Virus record (IMG/VR): IMGVR_UViG_2529292720_000015
DNA length: 38,578 nt
Reading direction: 5' to 3' (one strand)
Origin: a virus
Taxonomy: Duplodnaviria; Heunggongvirae; Uroviricota; Caudoviricetes
The notes below the pieces were generated by a model. That model was not told the origin of the DNA, ran no database searches, and saw only the letters and a program-made list of their open reading frames with translations. Both the position numbers and the translations under genes were made by a program. Positions 29,854 through 38,578 of this stretch are shown piece after piece (positions within the stretch are counted from its first letter, which is position 1; each line of letters starts with the position of its first letter).

Positions 29854-30483
29854 TCACTCAGGAATCTTAATCTTCCTCAATTCTTTATTTAGTTCACAGA
29901 TCTTCTTCTTAGACGGGAAAGTATCATACATCCAAAAACCAACAGTCTCTAAAACTATTGTCATAACCATATACACAAGATAATTTAAAAGGCCTTCATT
30001 TTGCCCTATGGAAATAATGCAGATAATAGAAAAAAGGATAAACAGCACAAAACACAGAAAGGAAAACAGACGACTAATAATAAATAAAAAACCTGAAAAA
30101 TTAACATTGATGAAAAACACTCCGTTATCTTTCTCTATATAATTCTGAAGCTTAATCACCTGATTTATATACTGTCTTTTTTCTAATCTATTGCAAATGT
30201 AAATAACATCACTTCGGTTATAAGAAGATTGCAATTTCAGCGCATCACGAATAATTTTATCATTTATTCTTTTTTCTATGGCACTCTTATCCTCCTTATC
30301 CAGATAACGTTCATACTTAACTAAATATAAAATTAACTTCTTGACATATTTAGGCTCTTTATACTTATAATTAAAAATGATCTTTCTTATCCAGACTCCC
30401 ATAACAATCAAACATGAAAAAATATATCCAGCTATTTTCTCCAGATGCTCTGTATGGTCAATCAAGTATTGGATCATATGCAT
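29854..30483 (-). CDS. hypothetical membrane protein (about 3 TM helices), AT-rich accessory gene
   Basis: 209-aa ORF, very low GC, on the strand opposite the flanking replication genes. It has hydrophobic helices at roughly residues 17-33, 134-158 and 169-190, with a Lys/Glu-rich soluble region between. Confidence 0.6.
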   Translation of the reverse strand: MHMIQYLIDHTEHLEKIAGYIFSCLIVMGVWIRKIIFNYKYKEPKYVKKLILYLVKYERYLDKEDKSAIEKRINDKIIRDALKLQSSYNRSDVIYICNRLEKRQYINQVIKLQNYIEKDNGVFFINVNFSGFLFIISRLFSFLCFVLFILFSIICIISIGQNEGLLNYLVYMVMTIVLETVGFWMYDTFPSKKKICELNKELRKIKIPE

Positions 30484-30529
30484 AATTAATCTTTTAATCA
30501 GTTAATAGAATAAAAACCAAGGTAAACAC

Positions 30530-32593
30530 ATGTCCAATATACTATGGGGCGACCTGGAAACCTATTGCGAAATCCCTATTACGAACGGTACCCATGCGTA
30601 TGCCGAAGGCGTTGAAGTGATGCTGTTCGCATGGGCTATCAACGACGGGCCAGTAAACGTATGGGATATCACTGCCGGTGGTGGTATTCCACACGGCTTA
30701 TACGAAGCAATCGCAGCCCCTGAAACCCTGCTTTATTTTCATAACTCTCACTTCGACCGCACCGTCCTGCGTTATGCAATGCCGCGACTGGCACCGCCAG
30801 TCGAACGTTGGCGCGACACGATGGTGCAGGCGCTGGCGCACGGTCTCCCGGGGTCTCTGGGGGAACTCTGCGAAGTACTAGGCGTCCCGCAAGACAAAGC
30901 GAAGGACAAAGAAGGTAAAGCGCTGATCCAGCTGTTCTGTAAGCCACGCCCGAAAAACAGCAAACTGCGCCGGGCCACCAGCAAAACCCACACGGAAGAA
31001 TGGCGGCGCTTTGTTGCTTACGCCGGACTGGATATCGAGGCAATGCGCGAAGTCTATAAACGTCTGCCGAAGTGGAATTATCAGGGGACAGAACTGGCGC
31101 TCTGGCATCGTGATCAGCAGATCAATGACCGGGGCGTCTGCATGGACGTGGAACTCGCACGCGCTGCGATCGACGCGGTAGACCAGGAACAAAAGCGCCT
31201 GGCAAAGCGTACACAGGAAATGACTGATGGCGAAGTGCAGGCAGCCACACAACGAGACGCGTTGATTAAGCACATTGTTGAATCCTACGGTGTGGAGCTA
31301 CCAGACATGCAACGCAGTACTCTGGAACGTCGTATTGCCGACCCCGATTTACCATCTGCCGTGAAAGAACTGCTGGCTATCCGCCTGCAGGCCAGTACTA
31401 CCAGCACCAGTAAATACAAGGCACTGATGAAAGGCGTAAGCCACGACGGGCGCTTACGCGGTACGCTACAGTTCTGCGGGGCGTCACGTACCGGTCGTTG
31501 GGCCGGACGGCTATTCCAGCCCCAGAACCTTCCCCGCCCTTCACTAAAACAGGAACAAATAGACGAAGGCATCGAAGCACTGAAAGCCGGATGTGCAGAC
31601 CTGCTGTTTGACAATATCATGGAACTAACCAGTTCAGCGTTACGTGGCTGCATTATCGCGCCAACAGGCAAAAAGCTGGTGGTAAGTGACTTGTCGAACA
31701 TTGAAGGCCGTATGCTGGCATGGCTGGCGGGAGAAGAATGGAAACTGAATGCATTCAGAGAGTACGACGCCGGAACGGGTCCGGACTTATATAAACTGGC
31801 GTATGCAAAAGCTTTCGATATTGCACCAGATGATGTTGATAAACACATGCGTCAGATCGGTAAAGTCATGGAACTCGGTCTGGGTTATGGAGGAGGTGTA
31901 TCGGCTTTCATCACTTTTGCTCTGGTTTACGGTCTCGATCTCGACGGGCTGGCGAACGCCGCACTGCCAAACATTCCCCGCGATGTTATCCGCGAGGCGA
32001 AAAGCTGGTACGACGAATCGGTTAAACGTAAATCGACCTACGGGCTTTCTGAACGGGTATTTATCGCCTGCGACTCACTTAAACGTCTCTGGCGCCGGGC
32101 GCATCCCGCGACCTGTGATTTCTGGTACGAACTGGAGTGCACCGTCCGCACAGCAATCGCCACACCGCAAAAAACATTGTATTGCGGTTATCTTAAAATC
32201 CGCCGCGATGGCGCGTGGCTGCGCATACAGCTACCATCCGGACGCGCTGTATGCTACCCGTCTCCGGTTATCGAACAAGGGAATATCACCTACATGGGTG
32301 TTAACTCTTATTCGCGTAAATGGCAACGACTCAAAACCTACGGCGGAAAGCTGGTGGAGAACGTCACCCAGGCGGCCGCCCGCGACGTTCTGGCCGGAAA
32401 CATGCCGCTTATCGAAGATGCCGGTTACAGCATTGTGCTGACGGTACACGACGAGGTGATCACCGAATCACCTGACACAGAAGATTTCAACGATAAAGCG
32501 CTTTCCGCGCTTCTCTCCACTAACCCCGAATGGGCGCCAGATATCCCACTGAACGCTGGCGGTTTTGAGGCGTACCACTACCGTAAGGATTAA
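30530..32593 (+). CDS. DNA polymerase, family A, with N-terminal 3'-5' exonuclease domain
   Basis: 687-aa ORF with an N-terminal DxE exonuclease motif (WGDLETY). The C-terminal region contains HDE (TVHDEVITE), consistent with the polymerase motif C region. Typical partner of DUF2800/DUF2815. Confidence 0.85.
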   Translation: MSNILWGDLETYCEIPITNGTHAYAEGVEVMLFAWAINDGPVNVWDITAGGGIPHGLYEAIAAPETLLYFHNSHFDRTVLRYAMPRLAPPVERWRDTMVQALAHGLPGSLGELCEVLGVPQDKAKDKEGKALIQLFCKPRPKNSKLRRATSKTHTEEWRRFVAYAGLDIEAMREVYKRLPKWNYQGTELALWHRDQQINDRGVCMDVELARAAIDAVDQEQKRLAKRTQEMTDGEVQAATQRDALIKHIVESYGVELPDMQRSTLERRIADPDLPSAVKELLAIRLQASTTSTSKYKALMKGVSHDGRLRGTLQFCGASRTGRWAGRLFQPQNLPRPSLKQEQIDEGIEALKAGCADLLFDNIMELTSSALRGCIIAPTGKKLVVSDLSNIEGRMLAWLAGEEWKLNAFREYDAGTGPDLYKLAYAKAFDIAPDDVDKHMRQIGKVMELGLGYGGGVSAFITFALVYGLDLDGLANAALPNIPRDVIREAKSWYDESVKRKSTYGLSERVFIACDSLKRLWRRAHPATCDFWYELECTVRTAIATPQKTLYCGYLKIRRDGAWLRIQLPSGRAVCYPSPVIEQGNITYMGVNSYSRKWQRLKTYGGKLVENVTQAAARDVLAGNMPLIEDAGYSIVLTVHDEVITESPDTEDFNDKALSALLSTNPEWAPDIPLNAGGFEAYHYRKD

Positions 32594-32598
32594 CTCCT

Positions 32599-32814
32599 AT
32601 GTCATTTAAATACCGGGACAATCCACTTTATTACAGGGCTGCAAGGGAGGCTTTGCGACTTGAACAATCCGGCGAATATGACCGGGCAGCGAAGGTCTGG
32701 GCAAAAGCCAACCGCGAATCACATCACGAACTGAATCAGGAATGGAGTGAACGCAGATCTGATTTTTGCCTGATGCAGAATATGCGTGAAAAGCGTAAGG
32801 CGGTCGAAGAATGA
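32599..32814 (+). CDS. small regulator-like protein (possibly ANR/PerC-like), hypothetical
   Basis: 71-aa ORF. The pattern YYRAAREALRLEQSGEYDRAAKVWAKA resembles small ANR-family proteins from memory; this is uncertain. Confidence 0.35.
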   Translation: MSFKYRDNPLYYRAAREALRLEQSGEYDRAAKVWAKANRESHHELNQEWSERRSDFCLMQNMREKRKAVEE

Positions 32815-33110
32815 TCGTTTACGTTGCCGGGCCGATGAGCGGTTACGAGCAATTTAACCGCCCGGCTTTTCATTCCGCAGCAAAGAGGCTAACGGACAAG
32901 GGATATGTTGTGCTTAACCCCGCAACTTTACCCAATGGTTTGACACAGGCTCAGTATATGGACATCTGCCTCGCAATGCTTCGCTGTGCCGATACGATTT
33001 ATATGCTCAAAGAGTGGGAGTACTCTGCTGGCGCACGTGCAGAAAACGCGTTGGCAGAGAAACTGGAATTGAATGTGCTTTTTGAAGAGTGGGATTCAGA
33101 TGGCCTATGA
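32811..33110 (+). CDS. DUF4406-like / nucleoside 2-deoxyribosyltransferase-like protein
   Basis: 99-aa ORF whose N-terminus MIVYVAGPMSG matches the VYxAGP motif of this family. ATGA overlap with the upstream gene. Confidence 0.55.
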   Translation: MIVYVAGPMSGYEQFNRPAFHSAAKRLTDKGYVVLNPATLPNGLTQAQYMDICLAMLRCADTIYMLKEWEYSAGARAENALAEKLELNVLFEEWDSDGL

Positions 33111-33369
33111 ACGTGAAAGCCTTATCGAAAAGCACCTCGTCGCTGAAGTGAAAAAAGCTGGCGGAGTGGCCTTTAAGTTTGTATCTCCCGGTCACCGCTC
33201 GGTACCGGATCGCATTGTCCTGCTACCAGGTGGTCGTATCGTTTTCGTTGAATGTAAATCTCCCGGCAAGCCACCACGGCCTGACCAATTGCGCGAACAT
33301 GAACGTCTGCGAAAACTGGGCTTTACCGTAGTGGTGCTGGATAGCAAGAACCTAGAGAGGATATTATAA
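33073..33369 (+). CDS. VRR-NUC domain nuclease
   Basis: 98-aa ORF with PD-(D/E)XK-like residues (PDRIVLLPGGRIVFVECKSPG), matching the VRR-NUC pattern. Usual position beside the SNF2 helicase in this replication module type. Confidence 0.75.
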   Translation: MCFLKSGIQMAYERESLIEKHLVAEVKKAGGVAFKFVSPGHRSVPDRIVLLPGGRIVFVECKSPGKPPRPDQLREHERLRKLGFTVVVLDSKNLERIL

Positions 33370-33373
33370 AAAT

Positions 33374-33943
33374 TTAGTCAATGCCTTTTTGATTGAACTT
33401 CTGATTCTCCAGTATGCTTTGCAGCTCAATATTATCATTTGCAGCGGTTTGTTTATGCTCATGATATTTTTCTTGCGTATAATTTCTTTCTCTTAGTTTC
33501 TGTGCGTAATTATTAGAAATAATATCATGACGATCTTGTAATACTTGTTCAAGTTGACTTTTAAAGTCCTCTATCTTTTCATTAGAAATAACATTTTTGT
33601 ACTTTTCAATATCACGGCGAAGTTCTTTTTCTTTCTTCTTATTAATGCTTAATAACTGTCGATTAACGCTACCTAAGGACCATTTAAACCCAATCGACTT
33701 TATCCAATGCGCCAGAAACATAGCGCAACTGGGAAGCATTAATAAAAGAAATGGCTTTATTGTATTTAAATCAGAACCAATATACGGAAAACAACCGTCC
33801 CACGAGGACACCAGTAATGTTAAAAAACCAGTGATGCCACCAGCAGCAACATTAGAAATCAGAGGGACTTTTTCGTAGCTATCAAGTTTAGAAGCGCTAC
33901 TCAAACGTCCCTCCTTTGACTGATCTTCCAGCACGAATGGCAT
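33374..33943 (-). CDS. hypothetical membrane protein (2 TM helices plus C-terminal coiled-coil), accessory cassette gene 3
   Basis: AT-rich ORF. The ATG at 33943 has no SD, whereas an alternative TTG at 33904 is preceded by AAGGAGG at 5-nt spacing and lies 2 nt after the upstream stop, giving about 176 aa. TM helices are GGITGFLTLLVSSW and FLLLMLPSCAMFLAHWI, followed by a Lys/Glu/Gln-rich predicted coiled coil. Confidence 0.6.
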   Translation of the reverse strand: MPFVLEDQSKEGRLSSASKLDSYEKVPLISNVAAGGITGFLTLLVSSWDGCFPYIGSDLNTIKPFLLLMLPSCAMFLAHWIKSIGFKWSLGSVNRQLLSINKKKEKELRRDIEKYKNVISNEKIEDFKSQLEQVLQDRHDIISNNYAQKLRERNYTQEKYHEHKQTAANDNIELQSILENQKFNQKGID

Positions 33944-34145
33944 TCATTGCAATTTTGTAAAATTCATCATCAGAAGAGACATCAACGACATCGCGACGGA
34001 CAACTCCTTCTGAGTCAACACATTCAAGAACAAGATGATGTTTAGGCATAAGCGCAAAGCGTAACCGGTCAAACCCCATCTTAAGAACCCAATATAGTAC
34101 GGGAAGCAGGCTAAAAAAAGCCAGCCAAAAAGCAAAAGCAATCAT
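33897..34145 (-). CDS. hypothetical small single-TM protein, accessory cassette gene 2
   Basis: 82-aa ORF with GGAGG 5 nt upstream of the ATG. N-terminal TM helix (IAFAFWLAFFSLLPVLYWVL) and an acidic soluble C-terminal part. Confidence 0.6.
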   Translation of the reverse strand: MIAFAFWLAFFSLLPVLYWVLKMGFDRLRFALMPKHHLVLECVDSEGVVRRDVVDVSSDDEFYKIAMNAIRAGRSVKGGTFE

Positions 34146-34168
34146 AGCCCCCTCCCCATGTGAATCTA

Positions 34169-35047
34169 CTATAAGATGCCGTGTACTTTAACAACTATGT
34201 ACGTTTTGTCCAGCGAATTCAAGTTCTCACGGACGAGCAAATAAACGCAGTAAGCATCACTAAAAACACCAGGTTCTCTTCCCGTACTAACACGTTGTAA
34301 GAACTCAGTATCTTCTATAGACACGCTGATTGTGTCATCGCCATAGTTGACTCGCCAGCCTGTGTTTTTATCCTTATGAATAGTCAAAAATGTGATTAGA
34401 GCCTCTTCAATCACCCTTTCAGACAAGGACTGCACTACAGGAACGCGCCTATATCTGAACGGTTCAATATTATCTTCGTGCACCTTAATCAGCTCAACCC
34501 CCTGTTGAGTTGAAATTTTAAGCGATTCGTATCCTTCCTTTTGCAAAGGATTATGAATTAACTTCGATAAGGATTTGCGTATGCTTGGTGAGGCAAGTAA
34601 AGGCCGGAAATATGACGGGGCTATAATTTCCTCACCATCATCCATAACTATTTTACAGTCTCCTTCCGCTGTTAAAGTCAACCGTTTTATTTGCCTACCA
34701 TTGATCTGACGAATTAAGTCAATGAGAGTATTTCCTGCTGCGAGTGCAGTTGTACCTCCAAGCCCAATAATGCTTAATATATTCAAATGGTCAAGTGGAT
34801 TTTGAATAACATCAATCAAATACTCAAATGAGCCTTCCTTAAAAGGCTCAACCTCAACATTAATACACTCACTAGTGCCATTGACAACCAAATTAACTTC
34901 TTTAAGCAAGTTGTTTAGTCCATTCAATGACTCAGTTAAAACATCCAAATCTATTTTATGATCTGCTAGTGCGGGACCATCATATTTAACAACTAATTTA
35001 TCAGTAATATTTTCTTCTTGCTGGACATCTGTATAAGCTGAGGTCAT
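34169..35047 (-). CDS. hypothetical soluble protein (292 aa), accessory cassette gene 1
   Basis: AT-rich ORF with AAGGAA 5 nt upstream of the ATG, on the strand opposite the replication genes. No Walker A, HEPN, PD-(D/E)XK or other catalytic motif was recognised. Confidence 0.65.
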   Translation of the reverse strand: MTSAYTDVQQEENITDKLVVKYDGPALADHKIDLDVLTESLNGLNNLLKEVNLVVNGTSECINVEVEPFKEGSFEYLIDVIQNPLDHLNILSIIGLGGTTALAAGNTLIDLIRQINGRQIKRLTLTAEGDCKIVMDDGEEIIAPSYFRPLLASPSIRKSLSKLIHNPLQKEGYESLKISTQQGVELIKVHEDNIEPFRYRRVPVVQSLSERVIEEALITFLTIHKDKNTGWRVNYGDDTISVSIEDTEFLQRVSTGREPGVFSDAYCVYLLVRENLNSLDKTYIVVKVHGIL

Positions 35048-35114
35048 AACTGTTCCTTTCGAAATAAATAATTAAGCTATTACTACATAAGTTCATTCAT
35101 GGAGATACAATACC

Positions 35115-36512
35115 ATGGACTATGCTATATTTTCACCTCACCCCTACCAAGATCTCATCATCAATCATCAAATCGACATTATGCGCTGCAACATCTGGGC
35201 AGGTATGGGAATGGGTAAAACCGTGGCAACGCTCACTGCGCTGGAAGATCTTTTTATGGCAGGGGCAGAAACACGCCCCGCACTGGTCCTCGCGCCGCTA
35301 CGTGTTGCAGCAAACACCTGGCCGGATGAAGCAGTGAAGTGGGGGCATTTGCGCAATATCGAGGTGCAGCCGATTGTTGGTAATGCCAAAGCGCGCTCTA
35401 CGGCGCTGGCGAACAGCAACGCAAGCGTGTTCACCATCAACTACGATAACCTTGTCTGGCTGGTTGAAGAATTGGGAGAACGATGGCCGTTCGGTATTGT
35501 CATTCCAGATGAAAGCACCCGGCTAAAATCCTTCCGGCTGCGAGGTGGTGGTAAGCGCGCGGCGGCACTGGGCAAAGTGGCGCATAAGTATGTCCGGCGC
35601 TGGATAAATCTCACCGGTACGCCAGCACCGAACGGCCTGGTAGATTTGTGGGGACAATCGTGGTTTGTGGACCAAGGGCAACGTCTCGGGCGCACTTACG
35701 GTGCGTTTACCTCACGCTGGTTCAACTCGATACAGTTTCCGGGACAGAGCTGGACTAAACTGGAGCCTTTTGCTCACTCACAGGGTGAAATACAGCGAGC
35801 ATTAGCCGATGTGACCCTCTCGCTAGATGCGGCCGACTGGTTCGATATCAAAGACCCCATCCATAACGTAATCCGCGTGGATATGCCGCCGAAGGCCCGT
35901 CAGCAGTATCGTGAAATGGAAAAGGAAATGTTCCTCGAGCTGAATGGCGAAGGCATCGAAGCACCGAACGCCGCGGCAAAGACACTGAAGTGTCTTCAAA
36001 TCGCCAGTGGCGCAGTATACACAGACGACACCGGAAGTTGGTCAGAACTGCATGACACCAAACTACAGGCGCTGGACAGCATACTGACCGAAGCAGCTGG
36101 CGCACCTGTGCTGGTTGCTTATCACTGGAAACACGATCTTGAACGCTTGCTTAAAGCATTCCCTCGCGGTCGTCACCTCGACCAGGATCCACAGACACTG
36201 CGCGACTGGAATTCCGGAAAGATTCCTGTTCTCTTTGCACACCCAGCCAGCGCGGGCCACGGCCTGAACATGCAAGACGGCGGAAATATACTGGTATTTT
36301 TCTCACACTGGTGGGACCTGGAGCAATATCAGCAAATTATTGAACGTATCGGCCCCACCAGGCAGATACAGGCCGGACACAATCGTCCGGTATTTATTCA
36401 CCACATTATTGCTGCCGACACTATGGACGAAATGGTGATGGAGCGGCGCAACTCAAAACGAACAGTGCAGGACATCCTGCTCGATGCCATGAAAAAGAGA
36501 GGTATAGCATGA
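35115..36512 (+). CDS. SNF2-family (DEAD/DEAH-like) helicase
   Basis: 465-aa ORF with Walker A (GMGMGKT) and a DExx-type motif (IPDEST), plus a C-terminal helicase domain. Confidence 0.8.
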   Translation: MDYAIFSPHPYQDLIINHQIDIMRCNIWAGMGMGKTVATLTALEDLFMAGAETRPALVLAPLRVAANTWPDEAVKWGHLRNIEVQPIVGNAKARSTALANSNASVFTINYDNLVWLVEELGERWPFGIVIPDESTRLKSFRLRGGGKRAAALGKVAHKYVRRWINLTGTPAPNGLVDLWGQSWFVDQGQRLGRTYGAFTSRWFNSIQFPGQSWTKLEPFAHSQGEIQRALADVTLSLDAADWFDIKDPIHNVIRVDMPPKARQQYREMEKEMFLELNGEGIEAPNAAAKTLKCLQIASGAVYTDDTGSWSELHDTKLQALDSILTEAAGAPVLVAYHWKHDLERLLKAFPRGRHLDQDPQTLRDWNSGKIPVLFAHPASAGHGLNMQDGGNILVFFSHWWDLEQYQQIIERIGPTRQIQAGHNRPVFIHHIIAADTMDEMVMERRNSKRTVQDILLDAMKKRGIA

Positions 36513-36709
36513 GCGAGAAACCCGACGATTTACTCACCCCGGATGAAGTATGCCAAAAGTTAGGTATTACACAGAAAACGCTATGTGAGTGGAATATTAA
36601 GCATCGTCATCGGGCTATCCTGGCACCAATTCGTTTCAGTGCAAAAGTAGTTCGTTATGAGCGCCGCAATGTCGACGCTTTTATTCAAAAGTGTCGCAGC
36701 CGGTATTAA
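36509..36709 (+). CDS. AlpA/Xis-like DNA-binding protein (putative excisionase or regulator)
   Basis: 66-aa ORF whose motif LLTPDEVCQKLGITQKTLCEW is typical of AlpA-family HTH proteins. It sits next to, and convergent with, the integrase gene, with an ATGA overlap to the helicase gene. Confidence 0.55.
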   Translation: MSEKPDDLLTPDEVCQKLGITQKTLCEWNIKHRHRAILAPIRFSAKVVRYERRNVDAFIQKCRSRY

Positions 36710-38109
36710 CCTCGCCGCCGTAGCAATGCCACCTGCGCAAGTATGCTCCGCTCGTGAGCCTCGAAAGCTTCGCGCTTTAACGCAATCTCTTCCTGCAAAA
36801 TCTCATCAGAAAAGTCGTAATGTTCTGCCATCGGGTCATCTGACTTGCTGGAGTGGTGAAGGCAAAGGAGGCTGATTTCCCTTCGGTCTGATCGGGAATA
36901 GCCTCTTTCCTTCATCAAGGCAATAACATTGCTCTTAAGGAATTTACGGCACATCGTATTAAATGCACCGTCTTTCCCTTTAACAGTCCCATCATGTTTT
37001 ATTCCTTTTACAGCCCCATCCGGGCTGTATGTTTTCACTAGCTTATCCAGTGATCGTTTTGAAAATGGCTGCATTGGATCACGCGGCTGCAAAAATACAT
37101 AATCCCTGTTGCACTCAGGAACTGAATCACGCCATGCTTTCTGCTCGTCGATAATCCGCCGGATCTCCGGCGTTATTGGCAGGCGGAAAGCCTTTTGTGT
37201 TTTCATAGCCCCTCGCATGCCGATAACCCCTTCAGGATAAACAATTTCGCCAGTCTCCTCGTGAACGTAGTCCCAGCGCAGGTTATGGACATTAATCGGA
37301 CGAACGCCGGTGATGATCATGAAGCGAACAGCATTCTTCTGGTGTACAGAGGTGCAGGCGGCAACATTGAGCCAGAGCCGGGCGATTGACTCAATATCGG
37401 TAAAAAGCCGTGTGGGGGTGGGTTTCTGTACGCGGGAGGAAACATAATCATCTGGCAGACTGGCAGCAACATTGCGACCGTTACAAAGAGTAGGTGCGCA
37501 GAACTTCCAGAACCGACGGAGCTCGGCAAACAACTCCAGGGCGTTATTGTTCGAGCGAGTGGCGATCCACTCGTCCAGCACTTCCACCAGCCGATTGTAT
37601 GTTACGTCGCTGAACACCTCACGCTCGCCGAACGTTGCTTTAATCCGGTCGATACGCACCCCGTAGGTTGTGAAACTGTCCGGGCTCAGCTTCTGCCGGG
37701 CGACTTTGGCTTTGAGGTCATCCCGGTACATTTCCAGCGCTGCATGTACGGACTCTGCCCGCAAGCCACCGTCAGCCATACCTAGCGCTTTTTCGCGCGC
37801 CAGCTGGATAGCGAGCTCCGGCCACTCGCCGAGCTTTTTACCCTTGAGGCCCATCTTTTTTGGAAACTCGGCGTAAAATGTAACCTTACCGGCTTTGCTG
37901 AAATCGATACGGAGATAGTTCTCTTTTTCGTATTTGGAACGGCGAGCCACGCCGGAAGCAGCGAGGATGATTTTGGCGGCAGCAACACAGATTTTCATGT
38001 GTGCGCTGGTATAGGGGGGTTTACAGGCGTCCCATTTTTCAGATGCGGCTAAAACATCGTCATTATTGGGGCTATCCGGATTATGTGTTACAGTGCGCGG
38101 CATTCTCAA
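36706..38109 (-). CDS. int: tyrosine-type integrase
   Basis: 467-aa ORF. The C-terminal domain carries recombinase boxes (ITGVRPINVHNLRWDYV with the conserved Arg, and LLCLHHSSKSDDPMAEHYDF with the His...Tyr). It lies at the prophage edge next to a chromosomal gene; the N-terminal start is uncertain. Confidence 0.7.
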   Translation of the reverse strand: MRMPRTVTHNPDSPNNDDVLAASEKWDACKPPYTSAHMKICVAAAKIILAASGVARRSKYEKENYLRIDFSKAGKVTFYAEFPKKMGLKGKKLGEWPELAIQLAREKALGMADGGLRAESVHAALEMYRDDLKAKVARQKLSPDSFTTYGVRIDRIKATFGEREVFSDVTYNRLVEVLDEWIATRSNNNALELFAELRRFWKFCAPTLCNGRNVAASLPDDYVSSRVQKPTPTRLFTDIESIARLWLNVAACTSVHQKNAVRFMIITGVRPINVHNLRWDYVHEETGEIVYPEGVIGMRGAMKTQKAFRLPITPEIRRIIDEQKAWRDSVPECNRDYVFLQPRDPMQPFSKRSLDKLVKTYSPDGAVKGIKHDGTVKGKDGAFNTMCRKFLKSNVIALMKERGYSRSDRREISLLCLHHSSKSDDPMAEHYDFSDEILQEEIALKREAFEAHERSILAQVALLRRRG

Positions 38110-38308
38110 TCCTTATCTGCGTAGGCGCAGAAAACAAGCTCACACATACAAGTCTTTTCTACGGGACAAAATGCAATGTGTTGCGGTTTTGTGTTGCTGG
38201 ACTGAGTTTATCAAGGTTAAATACACTGGATCAACATACAGTAAGTTAATGACAGTAAAGCATACAAACTCGATACAACTTACTGATTTTAAAATGATTT
38301 AACGGTAA

Positions 38309-38578
<270 letters not shown>

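Larger units (their letters stand above)
1760..38109. mobile_element. integrated prophage (mosaic; left end interrupted by IS66, right end at the integrase/att region next to yfhL)
   Basis: Contiguous phage modules for tail, head, packaging, lysis, Q antiterminator, primase, immunity switch, replication and integrase. The exact att core is not determinable from sequence alone. Confidence 0.8.

Noticed and set aside
35048-35114. Divergent promoter elements between the 292-aa cassette gene and the helicase gene
   Set aside because: Only weak -35/-10 matches (for example TTGTAT with TAGTAA-like) in a 67-bp interval. Not strong enough to annotate.

Overview
The window is almost entirely one integrated, mosaic enterobacterial prophage, oriented right-to-left, with three AT-rich accessory cassettes that are the best candidates for an undescribed system. 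All calls come from reading the sequence and ORF track and from recalled family signatures; no database search was run.

Layout:
- Left edge (1..~1759): the right-hand part of an IS66-family insertion sequence (TnpB C-terminus, TnpC transposase, terminal repeat). It cuts into a baseplate J-like gene, so the prophage is probably tail-defective.
- ~1756..21593, minus strand: late operon with a contractile-tail module (baseplate, tape measure, tube, sheath), head module (capsid, decoration, scaffold/protease, head morphogenesis, portal, large and small terminase) and a lysis cassette (holin, lambda R-like endolysin, Rz-like spanin).
- 21594..23140: late regulatory region with two minus-strand intrinsic terminators, a Q-type antiterminator, and an iteron-like repeat cluster with a (TA)n tract.
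- 23105..26251: prim-pol/VirE-like primase and a divergent Cro-like / S24-peptidase CI-like repressor pair.
- 26574..36709, plus strand: replication module (DUF2800 nuclease, DUF2815, family A DNA polymerase, DUF4406-like, VRR-NUC, SNF2 helicase, AlpA/Xis-like).
- 36706..38109: tyrosine integrase, then the chromosomal ferredoxin gene yfhL at 38318..38578.

Accessory cassettes (low GC, no recognisable catalytic motifs):
- 33374..35047: three minus-strand genes between VRR-NUC and the helicase, encoding a 292-aa soluble protein, an 82-aa single-TM protein and a ~180-aa 2-TM coiled-coil protein. This is the top candidate.
- 29854..30483: a single minus-strand 3-TM protein gene between DUF2815 and the polymerase.
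- 3831..4915: a three-gene moron inside the baseplate cluster (secreted protein, 3-TM protein, small acidic protein) ending in a terminator.

No tRNA, rRNA or CRISPR array was seen.
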